This document shows, piece by piece, positions 25,991 through 35,048 of a stretch of 64,000 nucleotides of DNA. The notes under the pieces were generated by a model. That model searched no databases. It saw only the letters and a program-made list of their open reading frames with translations, and had not been told where the DNA came from. The translations under genes and the position numbers were made by a program. The first letter of the stretch is position 1. Each line of letters begins with the position of its first letter. The stretch comes from an uncultured Actinomycetes bacterium (GTDB lineage Bacteria; Actinomycetota; Thermoleophilia; RBG-16-64-13): contig CAVQME010000001.1 of assembly GCA_963713545.1 (NCBI GenBank), positions 587,346 through 651,345 of the forward strand, in the 5' to 3' direction.

Positions 25991-27403
25991 GGCGCCGTGA
26001 TACGAAGCCTCCATCAAGGTGCCTTCCATGGTGGGAAGCTCGGTCCAGTAGGGAATGATCTCGAAGGCGCGGGGGGTGCCGAACTCGTCGATCTTGTCCC
26101 CGTGCTCCACCATCACCCGGCCCGGAGGGTCGAGCGTGGCTATGAACTGGTTGATGGAGTTGTATTGCTCCCAGTTGGTCTTGCCTTCGTAGCCGGAGTA
26201 GTTCCACCTGATCCAGCCTGCGGCGGTGGTGCTCGTCACTATGATCACCGCTCCCAGCACGATCGCGACCACTGGTACGTAGATCCTGCGGGCGTTGATC
26301 CCCCGCAACCGGAAGAGGTCGCGCATCATCACCGTGAAGGGACGGATCAGCCAGGTGGCGCCATATGCAGCCCAGAAGTGAAGCGACACATAGAAGAACG
26401 GCAGGATCCGGGCGTTCCACAGACGACCGTTCGGAAGCACCCAGAAGAGCACGAGGGTGATGAAGGTGATCCAGGCCAGCGGGAGCAGCTTCTTCTCCTT
26501 GCGGGCGACGGCATACGCCATCCCTATCAGGCCAAGGGTCGCGACGGGCAGCAGTTGTAGCGGCAATAGGTCGCCGAGCGAGTCCAGCTGGTCCCAGGCC
26601 ATGTGCGCCGTCCACTCCAGATTCGAGGCGAAAGGCAGCGACCAGAAAGCGGTCAAGCAGAAGCCCACCGCAGCCACCGCAGCCATGTAGCCAAGAGAAC
26701 GCCAGCGGGGGATCACGAGCAAGAGCCCGGGGATGATGCAGACCAGCGCGATGGTGGTCACGATGTGCGAGAGGACGAGAGCCATCAGAATCAGGCAGTT
26801 GAGGACGAAGAGCATGTTGAAATGAGGCTTCTCCATCCCCCGGTACATAGTGCCCAGGAATAGGAACACCAGGGCGAAGCTCAGCATGTAGCCGAATTCG
26901 CCCGCCAGCGTGCTGAGGATGTTCCCCCCGTAGATGGAGTAGCTCTCCATGAGCAGGAAGATCAACGCGAAGACGGCAGCAAAGATGGGGAAGGGACGCC
27001 GCACCCGCCACAGCCGACCCATCGCGTAGGCGGCTGCCGGCAGAGCGAAGACCCCCAATACGGTGCCGATCTTGAAGGCCACTTCGTAGGCCATGAACCA
27101 GTCCATGATAGCTATGAGCAAGAACGGGAAGGGGAAATAGAACGTCAGCATGGGCATGCCGGCGTACCAACCGGGCGCCCAGCCGGTCAAACGGAAATGG
27201 GGTAGCAGCTCCTGGATGAGGTACTGCGCGGGGTAGTGATGCGCGCCTGTGTCGCCGCCGGCGGTGGTAGTGATACTGAAGAGGAGGTTGGGCCGATAGA
27301 AGATGAGCAGGGTCGTATAGATCGCCAGGAATGCCAGCAGGGTGGGGACCCAGTCCCAGATGCTTCCCTTCTCGACCAGGTCCTCTCGCTTAGGGTCCAG
27401 CAT
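25913..27403 (-). CDS. Large polytopic membrane protein, N-terminal part (GT-C-like glycosyltransferase candidate; frameshifted)
   Basis: About 12 TM helices; a YfhO/GT-C-like topology is inferred. Together with the adjacent downstream ORF it forms a ~758-aa protein with a periplasmic C-terminal domain and a final TM helix. It lies in a GtrA / GT2 / membrane-GT cassette. Confidence 0.55.
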   Translation of the reverse strand: MLDPKREDLVEKGSIWDWVPTLLAFLAIYTTLLIFYRPNLLFSITTTAGGDTGAHHYPAQYLIQELLPHFRLTGWAPGWYAGMPMLTFYFPFPFLLIAIMDWFMAYEVAFKIGTVLGVFALPAAAYAMGRLWRVRRPFPIFAAVFALIFLLMESYSIYGGNILSTLAGEFGYMLSFALVFLFLGTMYRGMEKPHFNMLFVLNCLILMALVLSHIVTTIALVCIIPGLLLVIPRWRSLGYMAAVAAVGFCLTAFWSLPFASNLEWTAHMAWDQLDSLGDLLPLQLLPVATLGLIGMAYAVARKEKKLLPLAWITFITLVLFWVLPNGRLWNARILPFFYVSLHFWAAYGATWLIRPFTVMMRDLFRLRGINARRIYVPVVAIVLGAVIIVTSTTAAGWIRWNYSGYEGKTNWEQYNSINQFIATLDPPGRVMVEHGDKIDEFGTPRAFEIIPYWTELPTMEGTLMEASYHGALPLHQSGLSLQAAQQRHHRGHLPLA

Positions 27404-28208
27404 TCCCCTCCTTCCACAAGATCAGCCGTAACTGTAGCAGCCCCCACATGGTACGCGGTATGCGACGTACTATAGACGAACGCGGTTTCCTTTTCTCCTC
27501 CACCGTTACCGGCAGAGCCTTGACCCTTATACCACCGCGCCGGGCCCGGATGATGAGCTCTGTATCGAACAGATCCCGGGTCCTCACCGTTCGAGGGGCG
27601 TAGCGCTCGACTACCTCGCGGCGCAGAACCTTCATGCCATGAGTATCGTCCATGCGGGGGTCGAACAATAGCCTGAGGATAGTGGTGAAGCCCAGCGACA
27701 CCAGGTGACGGGCAGGCGAGCGCCGGTCCTCCGCGCCCTCTACGAGCTTGCTGCCGACCACCACCCCGGCCCCGGAGGCCGCCATCAGGTCGCCGGCGGC
27801 CAGCATGAAGCGGACGTCGTGGAAATCGATGTCGAAGTTGACGATCAGATCGCCCCGGCTGGCGAGCATCCCAGCCTTCATGGCGGCCCCGTAGTCCGGC
27901 ACAGGGACGCGGAGGACGCGAAGGCGAGGGTTTTCACGGGCCAATGTCTCAGCGATCGCAGGACATTCGTCGACGCTACCGTTCTCTGCCAGAAGTAGCT
28001 CGTAGTCGACCCCCCGAGCGTCCAACCCCCTCACGAGCTCGGCCACCTCGTCGGCGAGACACTCGGCCTCGTTGTGGATCGGGATGACTATGGAGTACTC
28101 GGGTGCTGCGCCCGGCTGCGGGCTTGGCGGCGGCGTCGCGCCCCCGGGCACGAGCGTCGCGCCCGACTCGCATCCGCGGCCGCGGTCCCGGCCGGCCGGC
28201 TCACTCAT
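27390..28208 (-). CDS. GT2 polyprenyl-phosphate glycosyltransferase (DPM1/GtrB-like)
   Basis: GT-A fold motifs (YSIVIPIHNEAE; the DxD-containing NFDIDFHD). Its ATG overlaps the gtrA-like stop (ATGAGTGA). Confidence 0.8.
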   Translation of the reverse strand: MSEPAGRDRGRGCESGATLVPGGATPPPSPQPGAAPEYSIVIPIHNEAECLADEVAELVRGLDARGVDYELLLAENGSVDECPAIAETLARENPRLRVLRVPVPDYGAAMKAGMLASRGDLIVNFDIDFHDVRFMLAAGDLMAASGAGVVVGSKLVEGAEDRRSPARHLVSLGFTTILRLLFDPRMDDTHGMKVLRREVVERYAPRTVRTRDLFDTELIIRARRGGIRVKALPVTVEEKRKPRSSIVRRIPRTMWGLLQLRLILWKEGNAGP

Positions 28209-28617
28209 CGCGCCCTCTCTTCAACGCCGTATGTCGGAAGGCCAAGTAGCGGCTGCCCAAGAAGTTCCAGGCCACGGATATCACGGCAGCGACGAACGCC
28301 TTGCCCATCCGCACGTACCACGTCCCCGAGTCGATCCAAAGCCCGAGCAGGGTGAAGGCCACCACGTTCACAATCAGCGGAGGGATATTGACGGCGAAGA
28401 ACACGCCGAACTCGCGCCAGCCCCGTCCCGAGCCACGCGCGCTGAACGTCCAGTACTTGTTCCAAACGAAGCTGTTGCAGATCCCGAGCACATATGAGAT
28501 CGCCTTGGCGGCTACTTCGGGCATTCCCGGGATCAACGACAAAAGGTAGAAGGCCACAAGATCGACGGCCGTGTTCGTCACGCCCACGAGGATGAAGCGG
28601 ACCGCTTGTCCGGCCAT
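28201..28617 (-). CDS. GtrA-family membrane protein (polyprenyl-P-sugar flippase-like)
   Basis: 139 aa with 4 TM helices and the GtrA signature (RFILVGVTNTAVDLVAFYLL ... NKYWTF). The internal start MAGQAVRF is preferred. Confidence 0.7.
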   Translation of the reverse strand: MAGQAVRFILVGVTNTAVDLVAFYLLSLIPGMPEVAAKAISYVLGICNSFVWNKYWTFSARGSGRGWREFGVFFAVNIPPLIVNVVAFTLLGLWIDSGTWYVRMGKAFVAAVISVAWNFLGSRYLAFRHTALKRGRDE

Positions 28618-28866
28618 GCGGTCGCGCCGCAGGAAGGCAGGCACCACGCGCTGGTACCACGGCTCCTGCGTCACGGGACTCGGCTCTTTACCGGAAAGCG
28701 CTGAGACAGGACTCACGATCCCCCGACCATCGCAGTGATTCGGCCTGCCGGAGGCAAGCGGTCTATATGCTAACATCCCTCAGTCCTCCAGTGGCCCGGA
28801 GATACGCGTGCGACAAGCTACCATCGGCCGATGATGTCTCCTCTTGACTCCCAAGGAACGGCCCCG

Positions 28867-30372
28867 ATGAGGGTGGCCTTCCGGACTATCGGCTGCAAAC
28901 TCAACCAGTGTGAGACCGCCCAGATGCAGGAATCCCTGTCCGCTTCGGGCTACCGGCTGGTGGACTGGGAGCAGCCCGCCGACATCCGCGTCATCAACAC
29001 ATGTACGGTGACGGCCAAGAGCGACCGCACGTGCCGGCGCGAGATACGGCTTGCCAGACGCCTCGACCCCGGCTGCACCGTGGTGGCCACCGGCTGCTAC
29101 GCCCAAGTCGCCCCGGAAGCCGTGGCGGAGATCCCGGGAGTCGACCTGGTATTGGGCAATATCGACAAGCTGCGTTTGGGAGGATTCCTCGACGGCCATC
29201 TCGTATCGCGGCCGGTCGCGTCCGACGGCGTCGGGACGGCCCCGGCCGCCGGCGGAGCCTCCGTCGCACCGACGCGTGTCTCTGTATCGCCCTATACCGA
29301 TCATCCCGAGTTCGAAGGTGAGTTCTTCACGCATTTCTACGGCTACACCCGGGCTTTTCTCAAGATCCAGACAGGCTGCGATTCGCGCTGCGCCTACTGT
29401 GTCATCCCCCTGGCCCGGGGCCCGGCCCGCAGCATGCCCAAAGCCGACGTCCTTGAGCAAGTCCGCCTGCTGGCGGCCCGAGACCACCGGGAGGTGGTGC
29501 TCACCGGGATCAATCTGGGTAGCTGGGGCAGAGACAGCGGCGACGGTTCTCTGGCCGACCTGATGGCGCTCCTGATCGAGCACGGAGACATAGCGCGCTA
29601 CCGCCTGAGCTCCATCGAGCCCATGGAGGTGGACGAGGCTCTTCTGGACGTTATGGAGCAGGCCGGTGACAGGGTCGCACGGCATCTCCACCTGCCCCTG
29701 CAGAGCGGGTCTGATGCCGTGCTCAGGCGGATGGACCGGCCCTATGCCGCCGGCGAATACCTGAATGTCCTCTGCGGCCTGGTCGGCCGCCTCCCGGACG
29801 CCGCTGTCGGGGCCGACGTGATCGTGGGCTTCCCGGGCGAGACCGAGAGGGAGTTCGAGGAGACCTATTCCTTCATCGAGCATGCGCCTCTCACCTACCT
29901 TCACCTATTCAGTTACAGCGACCGGCCGGGCACTCCCGCCTCGAGCATGTGCCCGAAGGTCGATCCCGAGGTGATCCACGAGCGTAGTGTGCGCTTGCGC
30001 GAGTTAGGAGAGCGTAAGAGCGCGTCGTTTCGCGGGATGCTCGCTGGGACCGAGCAAAGAGCTCTGGTCCTCAAGGAGCGGACGACCGGGGGCAAGCTCG
30101 TGGGGTTGACCGGAAACTACCAGGAAGCGCTATTGCAGGGGGACGATACCCTCATGAACCGGTTCGTCAGGGTGAAGATGAGCCGCGCGCTCGCGGATGG
30201 CCGTTGGGAGACAGCTTTCGTGCGCGAGGAGCCCCTGGACGGCGAGGGACCCAAGCCGGTGAAGGCGTCCCTCCCGGGCAGCCGTCGCGGGGCCGGCGCC
30301 GAGTCCCGGGCGCCAGGCCCGGCAGGGGCTCGCCCCGAGTGTCGGGCGCCGAGCAGGGCCAGGGTCCGATGA
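28867..30372 (+). CDS. mtaB: tRNA methylthiotransferase MtaB-like (radical SAM; UPF0004-radical SAM-TRAM)
   Basis: N-terminal MTTase domain ([11 protein letters not shown]), radical SAM CxxxCxxC (CDSRCAYC) and a C-terminal TRAM-like domain. The internal start MRVAFRT is preferred. Confidence 0.75.
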   Translation: MRVAFRTIGCKLNQCETAQMQESLSASGYRLVDWEQPADIRVINTCTVTAKSDRTCRREIRLARRLDPGCTVVATGCYAQVAPEAVAEIPGVDLVLGNIDKLRLGGFLDGHLVSRPVASDGVGTAPAAGGASVAPTRVSVSPYTDHPEFEGEFFTHFYGYTRAFLKIQTGCDSRCAYCVIPLARGPARSMPKADVLEQVRLLAARDHREVVLTGINLGSWGRDSGDGSLADLMALLIEHGDIARYRLSSIEPMEVDEALLDVMEQAGDRVARHLHLPLQSGSDAVLRRMDRPYAAGEYLNVLCGLVGRLPDAAVGADVIVGFPGETEREFEETYSFIEHAPLTYLHLFSYSDRPGTPASSMCPKVDPEVIHERSVRLRELGERKSASFRGMLAGTEQRALVLKERTTGGKLVGLTGNYQEALLQGDDTLMNRFVRVKMSRALADGRWETAFVREEPLDGEGPKPVKASLPGSRRGAGAESRAPGPAGARPECRAPSRARVR

Positions 30373-30947
30373 GAGCCGTAGTGCAGCGGGTGAACCGGGC
30401 TTCTGTGATCGTCGACGACCACGTGGTGGGCGAGATCGGTGAGGGCCTGCTGATCTTTGTGGCGGCGGGCAGATACGACGTGACGGCACCCAACCCCGGA
30501 AGTGCCGGGGCGAGCGGGGAGCCGCAAGGGGAGCCGAGAGGCATCGCGGCGCGGTGCAGTGCGCAGGCGTCCGCGCTGGCCGAGAAAGTCGCCAACCTGC
30601 GCATCTTCCCCGACGCGGAAGGCAAGTCGAATCTGTCGCTGCTCGACACGGGGGGTGCCGCTCTGGTGATAAGCCAGTTCACGTTGTACGCGGACTGTCG
30701 CCGAGGCCGGCGGCCGTCCTTCACCGACGCTGGTGACCCCGGTCCGGCCGAGGCCGTAGTGGAAGAGTTCCGCCTGGCACTGGAACGGCTGGGGGTACCC
30801 ACGGCCGCCGGGCGGTTCGGAGCCCACATGACAGTCTCGCTTGTCAACGATGGCCCGTACACCATCATCCTAGACACTGAAGAGCTTGCCCGGCCCCGAA
30901 GAGAAGCCGATGGCCGTAGACCCGGCGCGATCCCCGACCGTCCCTGA
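30369..30947 (+). CDS. dtd: D-aminoacyl-tRNA deacylase Dtd (with ~30-aa insertion)
   Basis: MRAVVQRV...[21 protein letters not shown]...[11 protein letters not shown]...RPSF...[16 protein letters not shown] matches Dtd. Its start overlaps the mtaB stop (ATGA). Confidence 0.75.
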   Translation: MRAVVQRVNRASVIVDDHVVGEIGEGLLIFVAAGRYDVTAPNPGSAGASGEPQGEPRGIAARCSAQASALAEKVANLRIFPDAEGKSNLSLLDTGGAALVISQFTLYADCRRGRRPSFTDAGDPGPAEAVVEEFRLALERLGVPTAAGRFGAHMTVSLVNDGPYTIILDTEELARPRREADGRRPGAIPDRP

Positions 30948-31842
30948 GGAGACCGACGTGCACCTGCCCGACTACCACACACACACCGTACGCTGCGGGC
31001 ACGCTTCCGGACATCCCGGCGAGTACGTGGAGGCTGCCCTGGCAAAGGGTCTCATGGCGATCGGTATCGCCGATCATATCCCTCTCCTACCCGAGCGCGC
31101 ACCCGAACTGTCCATGCATGCCTGCGAGTTGGGCGACTACGTGGCCGAGGTGCAAGGGCTCAAGGCAAGCTTCCCCGACTTCGTCCTCCTCGGCGTCGAA
31201 GCCGACTACCGTCCGCATACCGTCTCGGAGATCCGCTCCCTCCTCGACAGCCATCCGTTCGACTACGTGATCGGGAGCGTCCACCATCTGGGCGCCTGGG
31301 GCTTCGATGATCCCCGCCAGATGGACGGGTACTCGGAGCGTGAGATCGACGACGTGTGGGTCGAGTATTTCGAGTTGGTCGGGGATGCAGCCGAATCCGG
31401 GCTCTTCACCATCCTGGGCCACCTGGACCTGGTCAAGAAGTTCGGCTATCGGCCCACCCGGACCCTGGATGTCGAGCTCGACCGCCTGACCGACCGGGTG
31501 GCGAGAGCCGGTGTCTTGGTGGAGATCAACACCGCCGGGCTGTACAGGCCGGTGGGTGAAGCCTATCCCACCCTGGACATCCTCCGCCGCCTGTGCGAGG
31601 CAGGAGTGGCCGTCACCTTTGGCTCCGACGCCCACCAACCACGAGAAGTGGGCCGCGATTTCGATCATGCAGCCGGACTGGCCCAGGCGGCCGGGTACAC
31701 TGAGTTCGCTTCACTGGTGAGGCGACCCGAGGGCGGACGGGCGCAGGTGGTCTCGAACCACTTCGGCGCTCCGGCCGCGTTCGCGGACCGGCGTTCTTCG
31801 GCCGCTTCGTCCTCAGCCTCCGGAGACGCTCCGCGCCCGTGA
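30910..31842 (+). CDS. hisK: Histidinol-phosphatase, PHP family (HisK/HisJ)
   Basis: PHP metal-binding motifs DYHTHT...C.HA and GSDAH, with the HisJ-like fold. Confidence 0.7.
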   Translation: MAVDPARSPTVPEETDVHLPDYHTHTVRCGHASGHPGEYVEAALAKGLMAIGIADHIPLLPERAPELSMHACELGDYVAEVQGLKASFPDFVLLGVEADYRPHTVSEIRSLLDSHPFDYVIGSVHHLGAWGFDDPRQMDGYSEREIDDVWVEYFELVGDAAESGLFTILGHLDLVKKFGYRPTRTLDVELDRLTDRVARAGVLVEINTAGLYRPVGEAYPTLDILRRLCEAGVAVTFGSDAHQPREVGRDFDHAAGLAQAAGYTEFASLVRRPEGGRAQVVSNHFGAPAAFADRRSSAASSSASGDAPRP

Positions 31843-32762
31843 GAACGGCCGTCATCTTCAATCCTCAGGCCGGGAAGGAGCGCGGCGACGTCATAGCCTC
31901 AAAGGTGGAGCAGCTACTGACCGGCCGGGGTTTCCAGGCGGAGCTCTATCCCACGCAGGCTCCCAACGACGCCAAAGTCATCGCCCAGAGGCTCGCCAGC
32001 GAGGCGGACATCGTCGTGGCCGTGGGCGGAGACGGCACCATCAACGAGGTGGTGAACGGCCTGGCCTGCGCAGGTGGCGCCGTCGCCCCAAACGCCGCAG
32101 ACGTCCCTGGCGAGCGCCGCTGCAAGGCCGCTCTCGGCATCGTACCCGCCGGTACGGTGAACGTACTCGCCCTGGAGCTGGGCATACCGTTCGAGACCGA
32201 AGCGGCCTGCGACATCGTCGCCGCGGGGAAGGAGATGCTCTTAGATCTGGGGAAGGTCAACGACCGCCGCTTCACTCTCATGATGGGAGCCGGCATCGAC
32301 GCCCTCACAGTGCGGAACATCGACCTTCGCGCCAAGAGGCGCTTCAGGGGGCTAGCCTTCGTAGGCACCGGCCTGAAGACCGGCTTCGTCGACCGTCCTC
32401 CCGTTTTTCTGACGCATGTGAACGGCCGGGACTATCGGACCACTTTCGTCGTCGCAGGGAACGCCCGCAACTACGCAGGCCGCTTCGGTATCACTCCCGA
32501 AGCAGACCCCACCGACGGCATATTGGACCTGATGCTTTTCACCGGAACTACCCGGTCCAGTCTGGCCGTCTTCTGGATGGAAGTGCCGAGAGGTCTGCAT
32601 ACGCGCAATCCTAGTGTCATCTCTCTGCACGCGACACGGGCAGAGCTGACTGCTCTGGACGATGAGGATACGGTATGGTTCCAGACTGACGGCGAACTGG
32701 CCGGTAGCCTGCCCGCCTCAGTCACTATCGATCACCACGCACTGAGAGTGCTGGTACGTTGA
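31839..32762 (+). CDS. Diacylglycerol kinase-family lipid kinase (YegS/DagK-like)
   Basis: DAGK catalytic domain motif VVAVGGDGTINEVVNGL, N-terminal IFNPQAG, and overall YegS-like length. Confidence 0.75.
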   Translation: MRTAVIFNPQAGKERGDVIASKVEQLLTGRGFQAELYPTQAPNDAKVIAQRLASEADIVVAVGGDGTINEVVNGLACAGGAVAPNAADVPGERRCKAALGIVPAGTVNVLALELGIPFETEAACDIVAAGKEMLLDLGKVNDRRFTLMMGAGIDALTVRNIDLRAKRRFRGLAFVGTGLKTGFVDRPPVFLTHVNGRDYRTTFVVAGNARNYAGRFGITPEADPTDGILDLMLFTGTTRSSLAVFWMEVPRGLHTRNPSVISLHATRAELTALDDEDTVWFQTDGELAGSLPASVTIDHHALRVLVR

Positions 32763-32784
32763 CGAACGGAACGGAGAAGGAGAC

Positions 32785-33432
32785 ATGACGAAAGCAGCAC
32801 GAAAGGGAGTAATCCTAGTCCTGGTCCTGATGGTACTCGCCGCCACGGTCGTAGCCGCCGTGGGGTGCTCGTCCTCACAAGGCGAAGCCACGACAACCGC
32901 CGCCGCAGTCAGTTCCGACACGACCCAGGCTGGGAGCTCCACCACCGGCGCCTCTGACTCCGATGCACCCGAGAGGCTCGTGGTAGGGGGGAAGAGCGCT
33001 GAAGAGTACGAGGCTGCTTTGCCCGATCTCGAGAAAGCCGTCCAGGCTGCCCCCGACGACCTCAAAGCCCTCCAGGAACTTGCCATCGCCCAATACAACA
33101 CGGGCAGATATGAACAGGCAGTCGCAACGTACCAGAAGATGCTCCAACTCAAGGACGACGCCTTCACTCGCAACAACTACGGCAATGTATTGCGTGACTG
33201 GAAGAAGCTCGACGAGGCCAAAGCGGAATACGAGAAGGCGATCTCGATGGATTCGACGCTGGCCACGGCTTACGTGAACCTGGCGTCGGTCCTCGCTTCC
33301 GAGGGGGACGTAGCCGCGGCCCTGGAAGTCTTGGACCGCGGCCTCCAAACCATCACGGGAGAAGACAAGACACGGCTGGAGAGCTTCAAAGAGAAGCTGA
33401 CCGCGGCGACGGCCTCGACCACGACCACCTAG
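32785..33432 (+). CDS. TPR-repeat lipoprotein
   Basis: Signal peptide with lipobox AAVGC, a Thr/Ser-rich linker and 3-4 TPR repeats. Confidence 0.65.
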   Translation: MTKAARKGVILVLVLMVLAATVVAAVGCSSSQGEATTTAAAVSSDTTQAGSSTTGASDSDAPERLVVGGKSAEEYEAALPDLEKAVQAAPDDLKALQELAIAQYNTGRYEQAVATYQKMLQLKDDAFTRNNYGNVLRDWKKLDEAKAEYEKAISMDSTLATAYVNLASVLASEGDVAAALEVLDRGLQTITGEDKTRLESFKEKLTAATASTTTT

Positions 33433-33524
33433 CAGGGCGGCAGTCGACGCGCGGGGCCCGGGGCGAGAGATCGGGGCCGACCGACCCCTCCGAGGGTCGT
33501 CGGCGCCCGGGACCTACGATCCTG

Positions 33525-34142
33525 GTGATCGCGGTAGCGGCGATACTGGTGGCGGCCATCGCCCTGCTTGTCGGCAGCCTCACGGACGACCCGGCCGATA
33601 CCGAAGCAATGCTGGGTGGCCCGCTCGTCTCCGCGGTGACGGGCACCACCGACCGACTCACCGAGGAAGAGATGGCTTCCGCGCCCACTATCGAACCGGC
33701 CCCAGGGCGTCTACAGCCCGCGGAGGAGCAGTGGACCGCCCTCCTGCCCAGACTGCAGGAGCTAGCCGACGGAGATCCCGACGACGTCAACGTCCAGCGC
33801 AAACTGGCCCTTGCCTACTACAACCTAGGCCGTCTCGACGACGCCGCCACGATCTACGAGCGCCTGCTCGCGGTGGAGGAAGACGCCGTCCTTCGCAACC
33901 GCCTCGGCAACACCTTGCGCGACATGGGCGACGAGAAGGGTGCCGAGACCGCTTATCGCAAGGCGATCACTGACGATCCCACTGTGGCTCCACCCTACCT
34001 CAACTTGGCGGAACTGCTGTGGCGCCAGGGTCGAGACGATGAGGCGCTGGCCGTGATCGATCAAGGACTGGCGGCAGTGTCCGAGGAGAACAAGGCCAGA
34101 CTCGAGGCGGGGCGACAGGTGCTGACAGCTTTACGCGACTGA
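33525..34142 (+). CDS. TPR-repeat protein (paralog of upstream gene)
   Basis: N-terminal TM/signal. The TPR region aligns with that of 32785..33432 (LGNTLRDMGD vs YGNVLRDWKK; LAVIDQGLAAVSEENKARLE vs LEVLDRGLQTITGEDKTRLE). Confidence 0.6.
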   Translation: MIAVAAILVAAIALLVGSLTDDPADTEAMLGGPLVSAVTGTTDRLTEEEMASAPTIEPAPGRLQPAEEQWTALLPRLQELADGDPDDVNVQRKLALAYYNLGRLDDAATIYERLLAVEEDAVLRNRLGNTLRDMGDEKGAETAYRKAITDDPTVAPPYLNLAELLWRQGRDDEALAVIDQGLAAVSEENKARLEAGRQVLTALRD

Positions 34143-34214
34143 CCCCAGCCGCGCGTCGACGAGCGGCAAGCCGATCCCGGGGGCGTTGGTCCCGGGATCG
34201 TGTGAAGCCAGGAG

Positions 34215-35006
34215 GTGCCTGCCGTCGCAGATAGGGCAGACGGGAGAAGCTACCAGGAAACGATGTCCGGGCGGAACGAGCGAGACGACCAAGGGCGCCG
34301 CGGACGGACCGAGCCGACCTGCGACCCACGAAGAGCGCTCATTCTGGTCGTTGTCTGTCTGCTGCTCTGCGCGGTAACGGGCTGCGCCTTGCCCGGCGGG
34401 CACCCATCCGCGGATTCGCTCCGGAAGGAGGCTATCGGGTGGATGGAGGGCGCACCCTGTGAAGGCTCGGTGAAGGAGAGCGCCACCGATTCCTGGGTCA
34501 TCGGTGAGGGCGGAAGCCTTGTTCAGTGGCGGAGCGCCGGACCGTGGGAGTGGACTTACCACGACGATTCGGGGGCGTTCTACCTCTACGATCCTCGCCA
34601 CCACGACGCCCCGCCTGTCGTCATCGCCAAAGACTGGCTCGAAACGGAGGGAGCGTACGAGCAGGTGGCTCCGATCGTCGATGCTCTTGCCGATTCTCTG
34701 GCAACGTGCCCCTATGCCGTGCTGAAGGCGGGCGAGGTGATCAATCCCCTGGTCTTTGAGTCCGACGACGGTGAGGCCTGGTACTGCTCGGCCCAAGCGC
34801 TGTTGACCGACGTGCTGAAGCCCTACTTCCCGAGGCAAGTGGTGGAGAAGCTCTCGGCCCGCGACCCGGACGGCTACCTAAACGTCGGCTTCTACGTCAC
34901 CAAGGACACGCGGGCCCTGCAGACGACGCAGATACGCCAGGAACCGTCGCCACCCGCTCCCGAGATCGTCTGCACCTGGATCCGGCTCGGCCCGTCGGGT
35001 GCCTAG
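34215..35006 (+). CDS. Hypothetical lipoprotein
   Basis: Hydrophobic signal peptide with lipobox AVTGC, then a soluble domain without recognisable motifs. The start may be MSGRNERDD at 34263. Confidence 0.5.
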   Translation: MPAVADRADGRSYQETMSGRNERDDQGRRGRTEPTCDPRRALILVVVCLLLCAVTGCALPGGHPSADSLRKEAIGWMEGAPCEGSVKESATDSWVIGEGGSLVQWRSAGPWEWTYHDDSGAFYLYDPRHHDAPPVVIAKDWLETEGAYEQVAPIVDALADSLATCPYAVLKAGEVINPLVFESDDGEAWYCSAQALLTDVLKPYFPRQVVEKLSARDPDGYLNVGFYVTKDTRALQTTQIRQEPSPPAPEIVCTWIRLGPSGA

Positions 35007-35048
35007 GCCAGCGATCCCGATTCCGGGGTCCCCGCGCCGCGACCGAGC

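Noticed and set aside
28780-29904. 374-aa minus-strand ORF
   Set aside because: Antisense shadow of the mtaB-like radical SAM gene, with no motifs and biased composition.
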